Source: a virus. From it: a DNA stretch of 64,000 nucleotides. Both the position numbers and the translations under genes were made by a program. A model generated the notes under the pieces. That model saw only the letters and a list, made by a program, of their open reading frames with translations. It did no database searches and was not told the DNA's origin. The stretch covers positions 64,001-128,000 of IMG/VR virus record IMGVR_UViG_3300035698_018280; one strand, written 5' to 3'. Positions 18,111-29,200 of this stretch are shown here, in pieces (position 1 is the stretch's first letter; the number at the start of each line of letters is the position of its first letter).

Positions 18111-21100
18111 TTAAATAGTCTTACCAGTTACAAGTCTACGAATTGTACTGTCTCCTCTAATTTTGAATTCATCATAACTGAATAACCAAATATCATCATT
18201 TACAAATAAAACTTGGTGAATAGTGTCGAACTCCGTTACATCTACAATCAAAAATCCGCTATCATCCCATACTAGATATCGGCCATCTGCAAGAGTTGCT
18301 ACAGCGGTTGTGAAATTCGATGTAACGTCATTGATAATAGCGCTTCGAGAATCATCCGCATCGCCTAAGAAATTTACAAGTGACGTATTGACGCTTTCGG
18401 CATAAAAATTACCGCCATCAACATACAGTCCTGCATCAGTCGCTATAAGAATTTCAGATCGATGTTTTGTAAGTTCATTAACGTTCTTACTTGATATACT
18501 TCCAATTAAAGTCCAAGTAAATCCTTCTGTAGAAAGCCAAACTTCGTTATTTGCAACCGCAAAAGCAGCATCAGGGACGATCAATGTGCTAACTGGACCA
18601 GATGTTTCAGCAACCCTTTGCCACTCGTCCTGAGTCTGGCGACGAGTATAAATGCCGTCTGAGCCTCCAATAACCAAGTTCGAGCTAAACATCACAGCAA
18701 CTCTTGATAAAATATCTGGCAATCCAAGACCTGAATCTTTTGTAACTTCTCCTGTAAGCATATCATAAACGTAAAGATTTCTTTCATCAAGAACATAGAG
18801 CTTATTAGAGAACGTATCTAGATAAAAGTCTTTGATAAAAAGTTCTCGTCGAGAATCTATTACAATCTTTGAGACTACCAATGTATCTGTGTCAATCGAG
18901 AGTACGCCTCCCTGCCCTCCGACCCAGACCTGCCCCAAATCCCCTAGATGTATAACGGCGCTCGGATACGGCAACGACAGCCCTCTGTTGCCATAATCTT
19001 GATCGAGATCAAAATCTACTGTTGAATTAAAATTATCATACCATTCCTGATTACACGCAACAAGGAATCTACCCTGATAAATCGGAGCGCACGCTTCCTG
19101 AAGGCCAGGATTAGTCTTAGCAAGATCTATCCCAAAGTTTACGATATTAGAATGATAAACCTGTGACATATGAGAAGGCATACCAGAGTTTATCCATTCA
19201 AATGAATCTTCAACAACCCAATGCGGAAAACCAGTATTCTTGAAAGCTACGTTAATAACATCTATCTCGACCCTTGTATACTTACTCAAAGGGGCAGCGA
19301 ATGAAAAAATACCATCAATAGAATTTGCAATTGCGACAACATCATAACTGCTATAATCCTCTGGAAATTTATCTCCTACCGCCCCGCCAAATCCTCCTAC
19401 AAATCTTTGTAAACCAAAGCCATCAATGGTATCTATAAGATTAGTACCTGAATTGGCTATATCAGCTTCATTTGGGCCGGTGCCAGTTGAAGGGTTGTTA
19501 ATAGATCGACCTCTCGATGCATCGTTTTCATCCTCAAACCCCACACCTCCATCATTATTTCCATCCCCGTCGCTGCCTGATCCACCGCCGCCTCCGCCTC
19601 CCTCAGCAGGAGGATCGCCAAGGTTCGGTTCAAGAAGAACAGAGTCATACCATCCGGGGGTTCCCCATACGACTATACCAAGAGAAGCAATGGTTCTAAT
19701 ATCATCTGATGTCAAAGACATATCAGCAGTTAAAATAACCCCAATTTCTGTCGTGGTGCTATCAAATTTCCATTGCAACAAACCCTGTAAATCATCTAAA
19801 TCGTCATAAGGTAGTATCCATGGAATATCGTTGATTTCAACATCTGGCAATCCATCGCTATCTAGGGGAATTCCTCCTCCTGCAATTTTTCTGCCCAACA
19901 TCCACTGGGTAAATGCTGTCCTAGTAATATGATTTCTTACTGCGATCGGTGAGGTCTGATGAAAAACAAGCATGTCGATACCTACGTCATCAAACCATGG
20001 TCCCCAGTTTCTACGAAAATATTCAGCATGAATAGGCGCTCTTATATCATATGGAACGCCTCCGTCTAAAACATCATGAATATTGATTCTGTCTAAATCT
20101 TCATTTATATAATAACCAGCATAAATTGATACAGATACTTCTGTATGACTGTCTATCCAGCCTCCCAGCTTAGTTTTGATTTCATTTCTTCTATCTTCAG
20201 ACATAGTAAACCAATGGTTAGGACTGAATATGCCTCCAACGTTACTGCCTGCAGGCAACCATAGCATAAACCTTCTAAAGCCCTGTTCATAATCAGTATT
20301 CAAACGAGATATTAGATTATTAACGCCTTCAGCAACTTTCCACCAAGATATAAGTTCGCCAGAGACTTCTCCTGTTTGAGACAGGAACTCGTCTGACCAC
20401 AAACGATAAACTCGACCAGATCGACGGTCAATATCAGAAATTATAGAAGTCTCACCTTCGCCAAACAATAGAATAGGATCTGCTATAGGATCAATAAATT
20501 CATCCTGTCGAACAGGAATTGGCTTTCTTACATCAGGATCAAATTCTATACCTGTAATAGAACTAAACGCATTTATATCAATAAGCTCTCTCAGAGTTGG
20601 TTCAATGATATCATCTAACTGATCATTGATCTGTCTATCTCTGCCTTCGTTCTCTAGCGAATCAAAAATAACATATCCAAAAGCTCCTATGCTAGCAGGA
20701 TTTCTAAGAACATGGTTCCAGTTGACATTGTTCAAAGGACGACGGTGATATGGCGCTGCACCTTCTGTCTTATAAACATGCCATATCTGTGGCATGAACT
20801 CTTTGTTATGTTTTTTTCCTAGTCTTAGATTCTCTTTGCTATTACTCGTTATCCATTCGCTATTGTCAAAAATACTATTCTCAAATCGCTCAGGCGAAGG
20901 GAATAAACTATTTCCAATTGTATATCTTTGAGAATAAAATGATGGAAGAAGTACGCCAACCTCATCCCATAACCAGTTGATAGAGTTATTGATTGACTGT
21001 CCCGTATTAAGAGATTGATCCGCATTATCAATATCGATAAGCTCCGAACGACCATATCCTAAAACACCAGGGCCTCCATTGTTGAGATTAGAATCTGCAT

Positions 21101-21710
21101 AGATTGCACCTGGCAGATCAAAGAATCCCCATACCGCATTCGGCCTAGCTTCTTTGCAAGCATTGAGAGTCTTTAGAAAGAAATCTTTAGCAAGAGAGTT
21201 CCACTCTTCTCTCATAAAGTTTTCAAGAACATTCTCGCCTTCATCATATAGAGACTGTATAGCTACGGGGTTATCAAAGTACCACCAGTTATAAAAGTTT
21301 TCTTTGTAATCGAAGTCTGCAGGATTCATCAGATTAGACTGTGAAGCCTGTAAATTAAAACCTTCGTCAAAAAAGAATCCTGAACCGCTGTCGTAATTGC
21401 TCCAATCAAAACTCGGATGAAAACGACTGTAATCAATAATAGCAAGACCGTCATAATCAGCCGTTATTTTACGCTGAGCGTCATCTACGACCTTGGCAAT
21501 ATGAGATTCTAAGAGATCTGGATTATCAAGGAATTCATGAAGACCAGCATATGGATAGCGACCAAGCTCAGAAGGCCGATAGATAGCTGCGTCAGTCATA
21601 ATATCACGAGGATATGTGATAATATCCTGCGGATCTATAAACGAAAATCTACCAAACTGGCCTCTTTCGTAGGCAGTATGAAAGCGAAATCTTTCAAACC
21701 TAGTTGTCAT
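18111..21710 (-). CDS. virion protein, 1199 aa: GH56 hyaluronidase-like barrel, a second putative barrel, Gly linker, C-terminal beta-propeller
   Basis: LGRYPY, GLAIIDYS, AKDFFLKTL..RPNAVWGFF, NWLWDEVGVLLPSFY and GAFGYVIF are collinear with GH56 conserved blocks. Confidence 0.8.
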   Translation of the reverse strand: MTTRFERFRFHTAYERGQFGRFSFIDPQDIITYPRDIMTDAAIYRPSELGRYPYAGLHEFLDNPDLLESHIAKVVDDAQRKITADYDGLAIIDYSRFHPSFDWSNYDSGSGFFFDEGFNLQASQSNLMNPADFDYKENFYNWWYFDNPVAIQSLYDEGENVLENFMREEWNSLAKDFFLKTLNACKEARPNAVWGFFDLPGAIYADSNLNNGGPGVLGYGRSELIDIDNADQSLNTGQSINNSINWLWDEVGVLLPSFYSQRYTIGNSLFPSPERFENSIFDNSEWITSNSKENLRLGKKHNKEFMPQIWHVYKTEGAAPYHRRPLNNVNWNHVLRNPASIGAFGYVIFDSLENEGRDRQINDQLDDIIEPTLRELIDINAFSSITGIEFDPDVRKPIPVRQDEFIDPIADPILLFGEGETSIISDIDRRSGRVYRLWSDEFLSQTGEVSGELISWWKVAEGVNNLISRLNTDYEQGFRRFMLWLPAGSNVGGIFSPNHWFTMSEDRRNEIKTKLGGWIDSHTEVSVSIYAGYYINEDLDRINIHDVLDGGVPYDIRAPIHAEYFRRNWGPWFDDVGIDMLVFHQTSPIAVRNHITRTAFTQWMLGRKIAGGGIPLDSDGLPDVEINDIPWILPYDDLDDLQGLLQWKFDSTTTEIGVILTADMSLTSDDIRTIASLGIVVWGTPGWYDSVLLEPNLGDPPAEGGGGGGGSGSDGDGNNDGGVGFEDENDASRGRSINNPSTGTGPNEADIANSGTNLIDTIDGFGLQRFVGGFGGAVGDKFPEDYSSYDVVAIANSIDGIFSFAAPLSKYTRVEIDVINVAFKNTGFPHWVVEDSFEWINSGMPSHMSQVYHSNIVNFGIDLAKTNPGLQEACAPIYQGRFLVACNQEWYDNFNSTVDFDLDQDYGNRGLSLPYPSAVIHLGDLGQVWVGGQGGVLSIDTDTLVVSKIVIDSRRELFIKDFYLDTFSNKLYVLDERNLYVYDMLTGEVTKDSGLGLPDILSRVAVMFSSNLVIGGSDGIYTRRQTQDEWQRVAETSGPVSTLIVPDAAFAVANNEVWLSTEGFTWTLIGSISSKNVNELTKHRSEILIATDAGLYVDGGNFYAESVNTSLVNFLGDADDSRSAIINDVTSNFTTAVATLADGRYLVWDDSGFLIVDVTEFDTIHQVLFVNDDIWLFSYDEFKIRGDSTIRRLVTGKTI

Positions 21711-24700
21711 TAGCCTCCTCCAGAATCATCATTGTCTTCGTCAACCTGATCTCCGATATCCCCAAATGTATCATCCTCTCCTAGTTCAGTGCCAAATCCT
21801 CCGATGCCAGCTTCGCCAGTGTAAAGCTCATTATAGATACCAAGCGAAACGACTCCTTGGCTTTCAAAATCCTTGGTATCAGCTAAAAGAACAACATTGA
21901 ATTCAGGAAGAATAAAAGGTACAGTTTTTTGTATAGCGCCAGGAATATCTTCTGTAATAATATTTTCATTACTATCGACAAATATTGGATTACCATTACC
22001 GTCAAGTTCTGGCACGACTCTAGCATCAATGTATATCTGAGAGGTAAATCTCTCTGTCTTATATATTAACTGTCGAACATTTTCCTTGTTAAATGCTGTC
22101 AACTGAGGATTATCTTCATCATCGCTCAAAGCCAAAATAGCAACTTGTTGAATACCTAAATTATCAAATGCAATCTGAGCGCCTACTGCATGAGCATTCC
22201 TATCATGGAATGTAGGCCAAATTATTGTCGAAACAGCAATTGCTGGTTTTTCAGCTATGCTTCCTCTGTTGATTCGAAAACCATCAATATAAGCGAATAC
22301 CTTAGCCGCATAATCAGCACCAGTCCATCCCCCAAATTTGGCCTTATAATTCTGATACTGATTAGCTACAGTAACTATCGCTTCAACATCTATTTTGATA
22401 TCAAATGTAACAAATTTTCTCAAACGATTAGTATCAGTTGTATATCTAAAACCAATTCTTTGTTCTATACCATTGATATAGACAGTAGGAATTACCCCGA
22501 GAATAATTTCACTTTGAAGAGACATTTTTCCAGGTGACTCCGAAATAAATAGTCTCTCCTCTGTTCCTACAAACAACTTGTCATCAATAAGATTCATCGA
22601 TGAGGGAGGAGAGAGGTAGGCTCCTCTATTCATTTGCGCAAAAGTAAAACCGAACTCAACAGCAGCATCATTCTCAATATCTGCTTCTATATTTGAAACA
22701 AAAACTCCAAGATCAGTTGTTATGTAAATACGATCCCGCCATACGAATAGTTTACGAGCAATTTCAACATCATCAAGTATAGTGATACGTTGAAACTCGT
22801 CTTCGCCCAATTTTCGTCGCCATACCATGAAGCGAGTTAGCGCATATATAGTATCGCCGTCCTTGAAGAAAGCGAAGATATTTCGTTGTTCCGGGAATTC
22901 ATCGCTGAAGTCCCATCTAACACCAGCATTCGGAGTTTCAAATATACCAAGCTCATTACTGACTATAACACGATCTCTCAGATCATCGTAGAACATAGCA
23001 AACGACTCAGTTGATCTTGGGCCGAAGATGGGAGTCTGCTCCCAAAAGAAAGAGCCTCGGCCAACATCTTTAACCAACTTGAATACGCCGATATCGGCAG
23101 AACAAAAAACCTGTCCGTTATTGTCTTCAACAATATCTCTGGCAACCTTAGCATTCTCCATGCCTCGAATTTCGTTCCATATACTAAAACCGCCTGCGGT
23201 TCCGCCGCCGGAGCCAAGAACTCCTCGGTTCGTCAGTGCAAAATAGAAATCATAAGTAGGCGAGTAAAACAGCTTAATGACTGGTGTAATCGGTGTAAAT
23301 CTTTTATCCCATGTCAGCCCAAAATCTTCGCTTGTATAGATACCATTACTTGTTGACGCCACAAGAATGTCGCCTTCTGATCCTTCTGCCAAAAGAACAT
23401 CATACCATGTAAGAGCTTGTCCAACTCTCTCAATTTCAGAATCTACAGGAGCAAATCTAAACCCATCATCAACCGCAAAGAAATCTTCTTGGATTGGTAA
23501 GAGGCGTTCCTTTATCCGTCCTTCATGATTGATTTCAGGAAGCTGAAACTCTTGAATAAGCCCATTAGAAACTTGTTGAGCGCTAGCCCCTTCAATTCTT
23601 TCGCGAGGTAAAGTATTCTGAACCTCAGTTAGATTGTCGAAAATAACAGATACCGTTGGAGGATCTTCAAACGGGAAAGATTCATCATCATCCGCAAAAA
23701 GACCGCCTCTCGTCAAACGAGTTTCAAACGTTATTCTGCCAATATCCTGATCAATGGTAAAGAAAATATCAAGATTTTCAGGACGTTCTCCATTTAAAAA
23801 TACAGTAAACGTTGTTGAATCTGTAAGATCTGTTACAGTAAAGTAATTCTGAAAATCATTTGTTGTCCAGTTAGTTATAACAAGAGTATCTGCAAGGTTA
23901 ATACGACGATCATCAATTTCAGTAAGATATTGATGCTTATGCGCCGCAATCCTAACTTGAGCTTCTTCCCGTATAGGATCTTCAAGGTCTTTGATGTTTC
24001 TAACATCTTCTAGATCAAATGTCATAACTCCGCTGTCTGTTACAACTTGTCCTATAAACAAAGCGCCAATAACAACCGCACTAGATTCAGTTACAAAAAG
24101 ATCAGCTTCATTACGGAATTTTCTAACAATATAATAATATACGCCGTCTGAATCAAGAACATCTTCATCAGTATAAGAAGTAACAGATGGAGCGACAGTA
24201 GCAATTCTCTCAAACGAGAATTTATTATCAAAAGATCGGAAAATTTCATAACCATCAAATTGACCAGCGGTAACATCCCATACCAAATCAACATCAACAG
24301 AATTTGAACCGCTAATAGTAGCAAGTAACCCTGATGGCTCAGGAAGGTCTCCTGTTCTCGATGGAGTCAATAGTACAAGGTTATAATCAAAGAACCCATC
24401 TTCAACCGGATTAAGAGATTCTCTCCCATAAATATCAATAGTCGTTACAAAATAAACATAGTTGATATCATTTTCAACTTCAAAATCATCAAACTCAAAT
24501 ACATCAGAACCGACAGTCTCGACAGCAACAAAATTGCTTGTAGAATAAAGTACCTGCTCTTCTGATCTATAAATTTTATAACCTGAAACAAATTCAAGAT
24601 TTGGTTTGTTCCACGCAATAGTTGCTTGCTTATCTCCCGCAACCCCAAACTGTTGGCTTGGAACAGGCGGCCTTGGAATATCGCTAAGATCAGGAATACT

Positions 24701-26293
24701 AAAAAAGCCAACAGCTTCATCGCCTTCGTTTCCAAACTCATCAACTGCTCTAATTCTAAACTCAAAATTAACGCCAGCCTCAATATCTCCTACCTCAATA
24801 ATATAAGATTTTGAAATACCAACATCTACTTCATCAAGAATCGTCTCAAGAGTGCTAGGAGAATCCGGATCAACCTTATCAATACTCAATAAGTTGTGAT
24901 CAAAAATAGAAACCGAATTCGCCCATGTAAGTAGCAGGCTTTGATCTTCCAACTGTTCAATATTTAATTGAGATGGAGGACGAGGAGATTCAAAAGAGCG
25001 AGTTGTATAAACACCAACTTTACCAACGCTTCTTAATCCATTGATATCGATAGCTCTAACCATGACAAAATATTGAGTTCTTGCTCGAATGGATCTATTG
25101 ACAATTCCGAATTCATTATCATAAGGGTACAATTTGAATGACCGTGTATTTCCTTCAGGTACCTCAATAAACTGAGAGACAATTTCTCCACCGTTTTCTC
25201 CATCGAGTTCCGTAATTTGTATTTCATGGGATACAGCAGCAGGACTAAGATCATACGGGTCACTAAATGGAACCCATTCTACAATAAGAGTAACATCAGA
25301 TATGATGCTATCTCCCTCTTCATCTGTAATAATAAGATCCACAATGTCCTTGGGACCATTAAACAAGTCAGGCGTACCGGAAACAGTTACTCCTTCAGAT
25401 TCAACACCATTTGTCCCAACAGACCTAAGTATAATTCTATATCTTTGCCCATTTAACAAATCTCCTAGCGTCATATAAAGCTGAGTTCCTGGAACTGAGA
25501 CAGAGAAGATATCGCCAGAAGGAATTCCTTCTACTGAGACAGGAGTTATATAGGCAACGTAATCGGCAATATCGCCAAATGCAGGACGCCAAATGAGATG
25601 CAATACTTCATCAGCAATAGTAACTTCAACCGTAGAAGGATCAGATGGAGGGGTTGTGTCTGTCTCCGTCAGAACTGCCAGAGATGCTGTCTGCGAACTT
25701 TCATTGCCAGTCTTATCTACAGAAGATAAACGATAATAATAAGTCGTATCATCATCAAGACCAGTGTCTATATAAGAATTACTACTTGTTTCAGCAAGAA
25801 GCGTGAATTCTATATTATCAAGACTTTTAAAGACCTTGAAGACACTGAAATCAATATCAGATATATCATCCCATGTCAAAGCAATAGACGTAACCGTAAT
25901 TGTTCCTGCCGCAAAGCTTGTTGGAACTATCGGCGGCGATGAATCTTCATGATCAATCAATTCTATATTAGAAAAAGCGCTCGTTTGACCAATTACTCCA
26001 GGACGACGTTTCATCCAAACATAAACAACATTGTTATCTAGTAATGTCTTTGTATATGGACCAATTGTTCTGGTAACAAAACGATCAATCATACCCATGC
26101 CTGCGGAAACTTGCAAGACGAGAGCGCTCTGCTCACTTAGATCCCAACCCTCGATGACTCCCTTGCCAATTAAATCAGCAAGAAAAGCAAAGTGGTTATC
26201 AATCTGAAGCATTCGTCTGCGATCAGCGGTTGCTGAGAACGCATCGCCAGAAACAAATGCTTTCAGTCCAAAGTGTGGTGTCTTTACAGGCAT
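21710..26293 (-). CDS. virion tail/baseplate protein, 1527 aa, with FN3 array and BNR/Asp-box propeller
   Basis: About 6-7 FN3 repeats (e.g. LTWD..YYYRLSSVDKTGNES); TSEDFGLTW Asp-box; HKH motif; N-terminus paralogous to 47847-51371. Confidence 0.8.
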   Translation of the reverse strand: MPVKTPHFGLKAFVSGDAFSATADRRRMLQIDNHFAFLADLIGKGVIEGWDLSEQSALVLQVSAGMGMIDRFVTRTIGPYTKTLLDNNVVYVWMKRRPGVIGQTSAFSNIELIDHEDSSPPIVPTSFAAGTITVTSIALTWDDISDIDFSVFKVFKSLDNIEFTLLAETSSNSYIDTGLDDDTTYYYRLSSVDKTGNESSQTASLAVLTETDTTPPSDPSTVEVTIADEVLHLIWRPAFGDIADYVAYITPVSVEGIPSGDIFSVSVPGTQLYMTLGDLLNGQRYRIILRSVGTNGVESEGVTVSGTPDLFNGPKDIVDLIITDEEGDSIISDVTLIVEWVPFSDPYDLSPAAVSHEIQITELDGENGGEIVSQFIEVPEGNTRSFKLYPYDNEFGIVNRSIRARTQYFVMVRAIDINGLRSVGKVGVYTTRSFESPRPPSQLNIEQLEDQSLLLTWANSVSIFDHNLLSIDKVDPDSPSTLETILDEVDVGISKSYIIEVGDIEAGVNFEFRIRAVDEFGNEGDEAVGFFSIPDLSDIPRPPVPSQQFGVAGDKQATIAWNKPNLEFVSGYKIYRSEEQVLYSTSNFVAVETVGSDVFEFDDFEVENDINYVYFVTTIDIYGRESLNPVEDGFFDYNLVLLTPSRTGDLPEPSGLLATISGSNSVDVDLVWDVTAGQFDGYEIFRSFDNKFSFERIATVAPSVTSYTDEDVLDSDGVYYYIVRKFRNEADLFVTESSAVVIGALFIGQVVTDSGVMTFDLEDVRNIKDLEDPIREEAQVRIAAHKHQYLTEIDDRRINLADTLVITNWTTNDFQNYFTVTDLTDSTTFTVFLNGERPENLDIFFTIDQDIGRITFETRLTRGGLFADDDESFPFEDPPTVSVIFDNLTEVQNTLPRERIEGASAQQVSNGLIQEFQLPEINHEGRIKERLLPIQEDFFAVDDGFRFAPVDSEIERVGQALTWYDVLLAEGSEGDILVASTSNGIYTSEDFGLTWDKRFTPITPVIKLFYSPTYDFYFALTNRGVLGSGGGTAGGFSIWNEIRGMENAKVARDIVEDNNGQVFCSADIGVFKLVKDVGRGSFFWEQTPIFGPRSTESFAMFYDDLRDRVIVSNELGIFETPNAGVRWDFSDEFPEQRNIFAFFKDGDTIYALTRFMVWRRKLGEDEFQRITILDDVEIARKLFVWRDRIYITTDLGVFVSNIEADIENDAAVEFGFTFAQMNRGAYLSPPSSMNLIDDKLFVGTEERLFISESPGKMSLQSEIILGVIPTVYINGIEQRIGFRYTTDTNRLRKFVTFDIKIDVEAIVTVANQYQNYKAKFGGWTGADYAAKVFAYIDGFRINRGSIAEKPAIAVSTIIWPTFHDRNAHAVGAQIAFDNLGIQQVAILALSDDEDNPQLTAFNKENVRQLIYKTERFTSQIYIDARVVPELDGNGNPIFVDSNENIITEDIPGAIQKTVPFILPEFNVVLLADTKDFESQGVVSLGIYNELYTGEAGIGGFGTELGEDDTFGDIGDQVDEDNDDSGGG

Positions 26294-26294
26294 T

Positions 26295-29200
26295 TTAAGT
26301 AATCTTCAGAGTTACAAACTGGTTTCCTTCAAGCTCAAACATAACAGAGAAATTCTTGACAACAGGGACATCGACATACGGGCCACAATAAATGTCAGTA
26401 TCAATATCGCGAGCCCTAAACGTAAACGAATTACTATTGTTTATAAATTGCAAGCCATCAAAAACATCAATCGACAGATAATATGTAACGCCTGTTTCAA
26501 AGGTTGACAATGTTGGCGGCTGATACGTTATAGTTTTTGTCTGACCGCCTAATATTGTTAAGCCTGATCCTGGGAAATCTGCATCATCAGCAATCCAACC
26601 AGAAGTATCATTTCCGCTATAAGCAGTAGTTAGAAGATCAGTTCTCTCAGCATTCTTGTAGAATCTTACTCGGAAGTGAAAATCATCAGCTATGCCAGAG
26701 TTCGTGAAATCAAAATCAATGATATCAACATATGTTGTACCGCATGCTTCTATAAACGATCGGTTATCAAAGATAGTCGAGAAAATACTTGAACCATTCT
26801 GCTCTTCAACCTTGATGAAGTAAAATGTGTTACAGCGTATTGGGTTTTCTCCAACTGGTACAAATGAATATTCCTTCGTAGATCCTGCTGCCAAAATAGA
26901 TCCAGTTGATTGGAAAATATCACCATCGTCTGTAAATCCCAATGTACTCTCGCCAGAATAAGCAATATAGACAGGCTCAGACAGAGAGAAATCGTCATAG
27001 AACGAAACTCTGTATTGGAATGTGTCATCGCTGCCAGAAGAGTTGGTATTAGCCCATTGGATAGCATTGAATGACAAGGCTGTATCATATGGACCATACT
27101 CGCCAAAATCATCGGCAATCGACTCGCCCTTACTTGGAGTAATGAGCTTGATAGCAACTCTAAGGTTATCGCCAATCTGGTCATCAGCAGTTGTGAAAAT
27201 ACGATTCTCGTCAATAACCTGGTAGTCTGCAAAGTCTACAGAGTTATTAGCATTGACTCCAAATACGATGTCGGCAGCAATAGGAATCATTTTAGTGCTA
27301 GTCAGTATACCGCTCTTAACTCTCGAAGGCAGAACAAAGTTTGTGGTAAAGAAGTGAGTTGAATCGCTAGCAATGCTTCGAACAATAACGCTCTGCAGAG
27401 AAGGGCTAAGGCCTCGAATCGAGCTATCCATAACAACTTTGAACTGAAGATACTGACCGCTGATAAACGATATATCCGCACTCTCATCCAGGCCATTGAT
27501 CTCGATTTCAAAGTCTTTATCAAGAACCTCATCTCTGGTATTACCAGTGCGAACGAATACGGTCAAAGAAGTATTCTCAGGGATCGTTGCGATCCAACTT
27601 ATGCGGTCCCATGAGACCAAGCTATTAGTACCATTGAATATCTCAGAGAAGTAAGTCCCTCTCTCTTCATCAACCTTATCAGCAGAATAAAATCTATCAT
27701 CGCCAGAAACCGTAAATTCAGGCAATGTATTACCAAACTCGTCAACCTCAAGGATGCGATTTCGATTAGTAAACTCAACAAGCTGCTCAAGCGTAATACT
27801 GTCAAAGAGAGTTGGATCTAATTCTGTTTGATTTTCGTCTAGGAATAAACTTGTTTCATTACCTGCTCGGTCAATCATCTTCATGTAAACATTTTTGACT
27901 GAAGTTGTAGCGCCAACCTTGAAAATGAAACCATCAGAGATAAACCATGGAACATCCCCAAGCCCTATAGCTATGTCCTTGATTCCTTCAGTATGAGTGA
28001 ATTTGGCATTCCAAACATTCTCAAGCGCAAAAAGCGTATTTCCGATTGAAGCGTATAGCGTACCGCCAACATTTCTCATAGCATAAACTGGGGCATTGAT
28101 AGTCTTGAACGAATGAACAAAGGCGTTATCAGGCAGTTTGCTTCTGCGAATAGTAGCGGATGATCCAGTGCCAGAGAAAACGAATTTCTTATCATTGACT
28201 TCTGCAAATCCAAGACTCAATATTCTTGAGTCAGCATTGACATCGAGAATCTGCTGTGTAGAGTTCGAAGGATCGAGACGATAGATACGACCTTCTGATT
28301 CTGTGCCTGCATATATTTCGCCTTTTGCTACAACCATTGATAATATGCCGCCGCTTATATTATCAAAAACAAGCTCGAACTGAAGTCCATCCCATGAATA
28401 AAGCTGTCCAATATCTCCGCCAGCGCCTATATAAAGCTTGCTCTCTAGCTCAACCGCATCGTAAGCATGAGCTACTGGCAAAGTTCCTATAATAGCATAG
28501 TTTTCGCCGTCTGTTGAAGCCCATAATTTTCCTATGCCGCCCTCAATGCCGGTTCCAATAATAAGAGTTCCCTGGTATTGCGTGATAAAATTGATCTGAC
28601 TATCTGTATTTCCATCATCAATAGTTGCCTTGAGCGACCAGGTTTCAGTAATTGCATCGAAGATATATATACTAGATGGAGATGCTGTTCCAGCAACCAT
28701 TTTCTGAGATCCATCAAGTCTGTCCCAGCGATATATAGAACTTCCGTTTCCAATAGGAAATTCAAATTCTTGAGTGATGCTATCAAAAACAACGCCAAGA
28801 TCAAAGTCTGAGATACTAGTGACAAAAGGAATAGGATCAAGAGGCGTTTCGCCATCTTCAGAAAAATTCGTAAAGTTAGAAACAACCAATTTATCAATAC
28901 CTGATGTCGCATCGAATGGAAGATACTCGTCGCCTTCAAGAATAGGATTGATATTAATACGGAACCTAGTCTGATCGACTTGCTCCCCAATTCTAATCTG
29001 GCCAACTGGAGGAATAGTGTCGAGAGTAATACGGTCAAACGGTAGGTCTGTTGTTTCATCATTAAGTTGAAGCGTATTGATATCGCCGCCTGTTTGCGCG
29101 TAGATACCCCCTCTTGCAGATAGCAGCTTCTCAATCCTGGTAGACTGGTTACCAAGAGCAATTTTAGCAGCATCATTTTGCTTAAAATCATTGACCAACT

